Shown in pieces: positions 26,161 to 27,151 of a stretch of DNA of 27,151 nt. A program made the position numbers and the translations under genes. Under the pieces are notes generated by a model that saw only the letters and a program-made list of their open reading frames with translations, was not told where the DNA came from and ran no database searches. How positions within the stretch are numbered: the first letter of the stretch is position 1; each line of letters opens with the position of its first letter. The stretch covers positions 1-27,151 of the forward strand of contig JAVHPP010000165.1 of the NCBI GenBank assembly GCA_036170655.1, read 5' to 3'. Source of the DNA: Candidatus Zixiibacteriota bacterium. Its GTDB lineage: Bacteria; Zixibacteria; MSB-5A5; WJJR01.

Positions 26161-27151
26161 TTACTTGAAGAGCGACAGAACGACTTGCGGAACCTGGTTG
26201 GCCTGGGCCAGCATCGCCGTGCCTGCCTGCAACAGAATCTGGCTCTTGACGAACTCCGACATCTGCTGCGCCATGTCCGTGTCGCGGATCTGCGACTCGG
26301 CCGCGGTGAGGTTCTGCGACGCGATCCGCAGGTTGGTCAGGTTCGATTCCAACGTGTTCTTCTGGAACGATCCCAGAGTACCGCGAGCGGTGGAAACCTC
26401 GTTCATCGCCGCATCGACGATCGATTGCGCGTCCTGCGCGCCTTGAACGGTCGTTACATCGATCTTCGACAGACTGGTGAACATATTTCCGCTCAGACCC
26501 TTGCCCAGGGCAGAGGATGTCATGTTCTGCAGGGCGATCTTGGTGGTCTGCCCGACGTTGGCGCCGATCTGGAAGACCAGCGACTGATCGGTATCGGAAA
26601 TCGTCTCTGATCCGCCACCCGACGTGAGGGCGTAGTTGACCTTCAGCGACTCCGTGCGGGAGGCGTTGTAGACCAGCGATTCCACGCCGGCGGTCACCGA
26701 GGTCGAAGGACCGGCATCGAGGCGGACAGCAAACTTGGCCGCCTTGGCATCGAGCAGCAGGCTGCCTACGTTGATGCCGTTGGCGGCCGTGTTCAATGTC
26801 AGGTCGATCGTCCCGCGGCCCGTCGCGCCGACGGCCTTGTTGCCGATCGTCACATCGGTCGTTGACGCATATTTCACCGAAGTGATCGACGTAGTGAAGC
26901 CATCGAAGGAGACGAGTGAATCGGTCCCGGCGATGTCGACGCTGTCAGCCGTACCCATACCGAGCGCATTCTCCGCATCCTGTGTGACGGTGCCATTCGA
27001 CAGGACCTTGATCATGTAGGTGGAACCTTCGTCCGCGGTGACCATCTGGATCTTATCAGTCCCCGAAGCGGACGCGATCACGTTGTTGACCGATCCGGTC
27101 GCCACGCTGCCAAAGCCGACCTTCAGCGCGCGATTGAACTCAGTCACCAGA
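26161..27151 (-). CDS. fliC: Flagellin (5'-truncated by the window edge)
   Basis: FQIGANVGQ, RGTLGSFQ.N.LE, NLTAAESQIRDTDMA, QILLQAGTAMLAQANQVPQVVLSL. Confidence 0.96.
   Translation of the reverse strand, partial: LVTEFNRALKVGFGSVATGSVNNVIASASGTDKIQMVTADEGSTYMIKVLSNGTVTQDAENALGMGTADSVDIAGTDSLVSFDGFTTSITSVKYASTTDVTIGNKAVGATGRGTIDLTLNTAANGINVGSLLLDAKAAKFAVRLDAGPSTSVTAGVESLVYNASRTESLKVNYALTSGGGSETISDTDQSLVFQIGANVGQTTKIALQNMTSSALGKGLSGNMFTSLSKIDVTTVQGAQDAQSIVDAAMNEVSTARGTLGSFQKNTLESNLTNLRIASQNLTAAESQIRDTDMAQQMSEFVKSQILLQAGTAMLAQANQVPQVVLSLFK

Overview
GC-rich bacterial chromosomal window in which almost every gene lies on the minus strand. Two flagellar blocks flank a translation and housekeeping block. 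In transcription order (right to left): fliC (5'-truncated), flaG, fliD, fliS, a FlgN/FliT-like gene, flgM, an HDOD protein; then tRNA-Val(GAC), thrS, infC, rpmI, rplT, pheS, pheT, zapB-like, zapA, rny, ymdB-like phosphoesterase, folD; then flgB, flgC, a small YjfB-like gene, fliE, fliF, fliG, fliH, fliI, fliJ, a MotE/YlxF-like gene and a probable fliK start. Promoter motifs for sigma54 (flgB, MotE-like gene), sigma28 (flgM) and sigma70 (tRNA/thrS, rpmI, zapB) are readable. I found no new protein-coding system. The most unusual signals are non-coding. Two miniature elements share terminal inverted repeats but carry different REP-like doublets, and one is inserted into a third REP family with an apparent 3-bp target duplication. 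There is also an unannotated, stop-interrupted T9SS-type C-terminal sorting domain remnant, which suggests an FCB-group host such as Zixibacteria (inference). All calls were made by eye, without database searches.
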